A stretch of DNA of 28,322 nt. Source: a virus (taxonomy: Duplodnaviria > Heunggongvirae > Uroviricota > Caudoviricetes). Where the stretch lies: the IMG/VR virus record IMGVR_UViG_2778261641_000008. One strand, written 5' to 3'. The notes beneath the pieces are model-generated. The model was not told the origin of the DNA and did not search any database. It saw only the letters and a program-made list of their open reading frames with translations. Every line of letters starts with the position of its first letter. Within the stretch, counting starts at the first letter, position 1. Made by a program: the position numbers and the translations under genes. Below are positions 26,863-28,322 of the stretch, one piece after another.

Positions 26863-26907
26863 GCCCGATGTGGCATGTTGTGATGGAGGATATGCCCGAT
26901 ATGGCAT
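26863..26907. promoter_or_regulatory. Immunity-switch region: 14-bp direct repeat GCCCGAT(G/A)TGGCAT at 26863-26876 and 26894-26907
   Basis: Repeats differ at one position and start 31 bp apart. The second contains the C start codon. They lie between divergent cox and C, where P2-type phages have face-to-face promoters and repressor operators. Confidence 0.4.
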
Positions 26908-27221
26908 CTTTGTCAAGCATGGGTGAAAAATTTCGCCTGATTCGTGAAGCAGAAGGTATGACCCGCCAGGAGTTTGCGGATTGTGTTGGGCTGCCTTATG
27001 GGACGGTAACTAACTATGAGGTGAGGGGGAAGCAAGTAACAGAGGGTGCCTTACTTAAGGTTACGAAACACCCTAAATTTAAGAAGTATGCTTATTGGTT
27101 ATCAACAGATGAAACGATGCCGGAGGTCGGGCAAATTTCTCCGGCTCTCTCTCTTGATGGTTCCTGCAATTCGGAGGGAGATCGCGTTTCAACCGAAACA
27201 ATCCAAAAATTATCCCGCTGA
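26901..27221 (+). CDS. C: Immunity repressor (P2 C-like)
   Basis: ATG at 26901 with GGAGG about 10 nt upstream (track ORF starts at 26847). LIREAEGMTRQEFADCVGLPYGTVTNYE...KHPKFKKYAYWLSTDE...EVGQISPALS parallels P2 C. Confidence 0.8.
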   Translation: MASLSSMGEKFRLIREAEGMTRQEFADCVGLPYGTVTNYEVRGKQVTEGALLKVTKHPKFKKYAYWLSTDETMPEVGQISPALSLDGSCNSEGDRVSTETIQKLSR

Positions 27222-27317
27222 GGCCAGAAAACTGGTTAGACCTGCTTTTTGTCTGGTCTGATTATTGCTGGAAAGAGGCTGGAGAAATTGTAGAGCGGTT
27301 CATTGGAGGGCTTCGTA

Positions 27318-28322
27318 ATGTCGATTAAGAAGCTCGAAGATGGTCGTTATTTGCTGGACATCAGGCCGAACGGACGCAAGGGAAAGCGCGTGCGTAAGGT
27401 ATTTGACAAAAAATCGGTAGCGGTGGCCACTGAACGCTACATCATGGCGAACGCTGAAAAGCGGGAATATATACAGGGCTACCGTGATCGTCGAACGCTA
27501 AATGATTTGCTTGAGTTGTGGTGGATGTATCACGGCCAGCACAGGCGTAAGGCGGAAGAAGACCGAAAACAACTGCGCAACATAATCAATGAGCTTGGCG
27601 CTGATATGCAGGCTGTGGATCTTGATAAGCTGAAAATTATCGCGTGGCGTTCTCAAAAGATAGCTGATGGATTGAAACCGTCATCTGCTAACAGGTACAT
27701 GAATCGGTTATCCGGAATGTTTACCGTGCTGAAAAAAATAGGTCTTTGGGATGCAGAACATCCAGTAAGGGGAATTTCTATTCTTTATGTATCTCCACGA
27801 GAAATGGCGTTCCTGTCACAGAAGGAAGTGGCGCTATTGCTCGATACACTGGAGGGCGACTACTGGCGTGTTGCGCTTTTGTGTTTAAGCACAGGGGCGC
27901 GCTGGAGTGAAGCTTGTAAGCTTCGTGGTGAACAGATAGTTCATAACCGTGTAACGTTTCTTGAAACCAAAAATGGCCGGAAGAGAACAGTGCCAATTTC
28001 GCAGGCAGTTTGTGAGGCGATCAAAACCAGAGAAACAGGCGGCTTGTTTGAGGTGAAGTACCGGGAATTCTGCCTGGCGCTGAAAAGAGTTAAGCCCGAT
28101 TTACCAAAAGGCCAGGCTGCACATGTGCTGCGGCATACGTTCGCCAGCCATTTTGTGATGAACGGAGGAAACATTATTGCGCTTCAGAAGATTCTTGGTC
28201 ACGCAACCATTCAGCAAACAATGGCATATGCGCATTTTGCACCGGATTACCTGCAGGATGCGGTGGCCCTTAATCCGCTGAAAGGTGGCGTAAGTGTCCA
28301 CGCAGTGTCCACGGGGGATTAA
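27318..28322 (+). CDS. int: Tyrosine integrase (P2 Int family)
   Basis: ATG at 27318 with GGAGGG 7 nt upstream. MSIKKLEDGRYLLDIRPNGRKGKR...LSTGARWSEA...HVLRHTFASHF...LGHATIQQTMAYAHFAP parallels P2 Int. The stop codon is the last three bases of the window. Confidence 0.9.
   Translation: MSIKKLEDGRYLLDIRPNGRKGKRVRKVFDKKSVAVATERYIMANAEKREYIQGYRDRRTLNDLLELWWMYHGQHRRKAEEDRKQLRNIINELGADMQAVDLDKLKIIAWRSQKIADGLKPSSANRYMNRLSGMFTVLKKIGLWDAEHPVRGISILYVSPREMAFLSQKEVALLLDTLEGDYWRVALLCLSTGARWSEACKLRGEQIVHNRVTFLETKNGRKRTVPISQAVCEAIKTRETGGLFEVKYREFCLALKRVKPDLPKGQAAHVLRHTFASHFVMNGGNIIALQKILGHATIQQTMAYAHFAPDYLQDAVALNPLKGGVSVHAVSTGD

Noticed and set aside
26847-26900. Upstream extension of the C repressor ORF (MFLCLCPMWHVVMEDMPD)
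   Set aside because: No RBS at 26847; GGAGG precedes the ATG at 26901, which gives a C protein of the expected size.

Overview
The window runs from the 3' part of an flk-like chromosomal gene (1-992) through about 2.5 kb of AT-rich cargo and a Hok/Gef-type toxin gene into a roughly 25 kb P2-family prophage spanning ogr (3083) to int (28322). All identifications are by eye from the translations; nothing was searched. The prophage is defective and rearranged: the capsid scaffold gene O is cut after about 120 codons and abuts a C-terminal tail-fibre fragment, so the capsid, lysis and baseplate genes are missing. The FI-FII-E/E'-T-U tail block is inverted relative to D, the tail-fibre genes and O. 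Three AT-rich cargo insertions are the best candidates for an undescribed system, in this order: (1) a 340-aa protein with a C-terminal RHxxxH (HEPN-like) motif between ogr and D; (2) a GT9 heptosyltransferase-like gene beside the tail-fibre assembly gene, at the P2 Z/fun position; (3) a ParM/ParR actin-type partition module with duplicated hairpin elements between gene A and the cos/portal end, at the P2 tin/old position. The early region (cox to A, C, int) is intact. No rRNA, tRNA, CRISPR array or IS element was seen.
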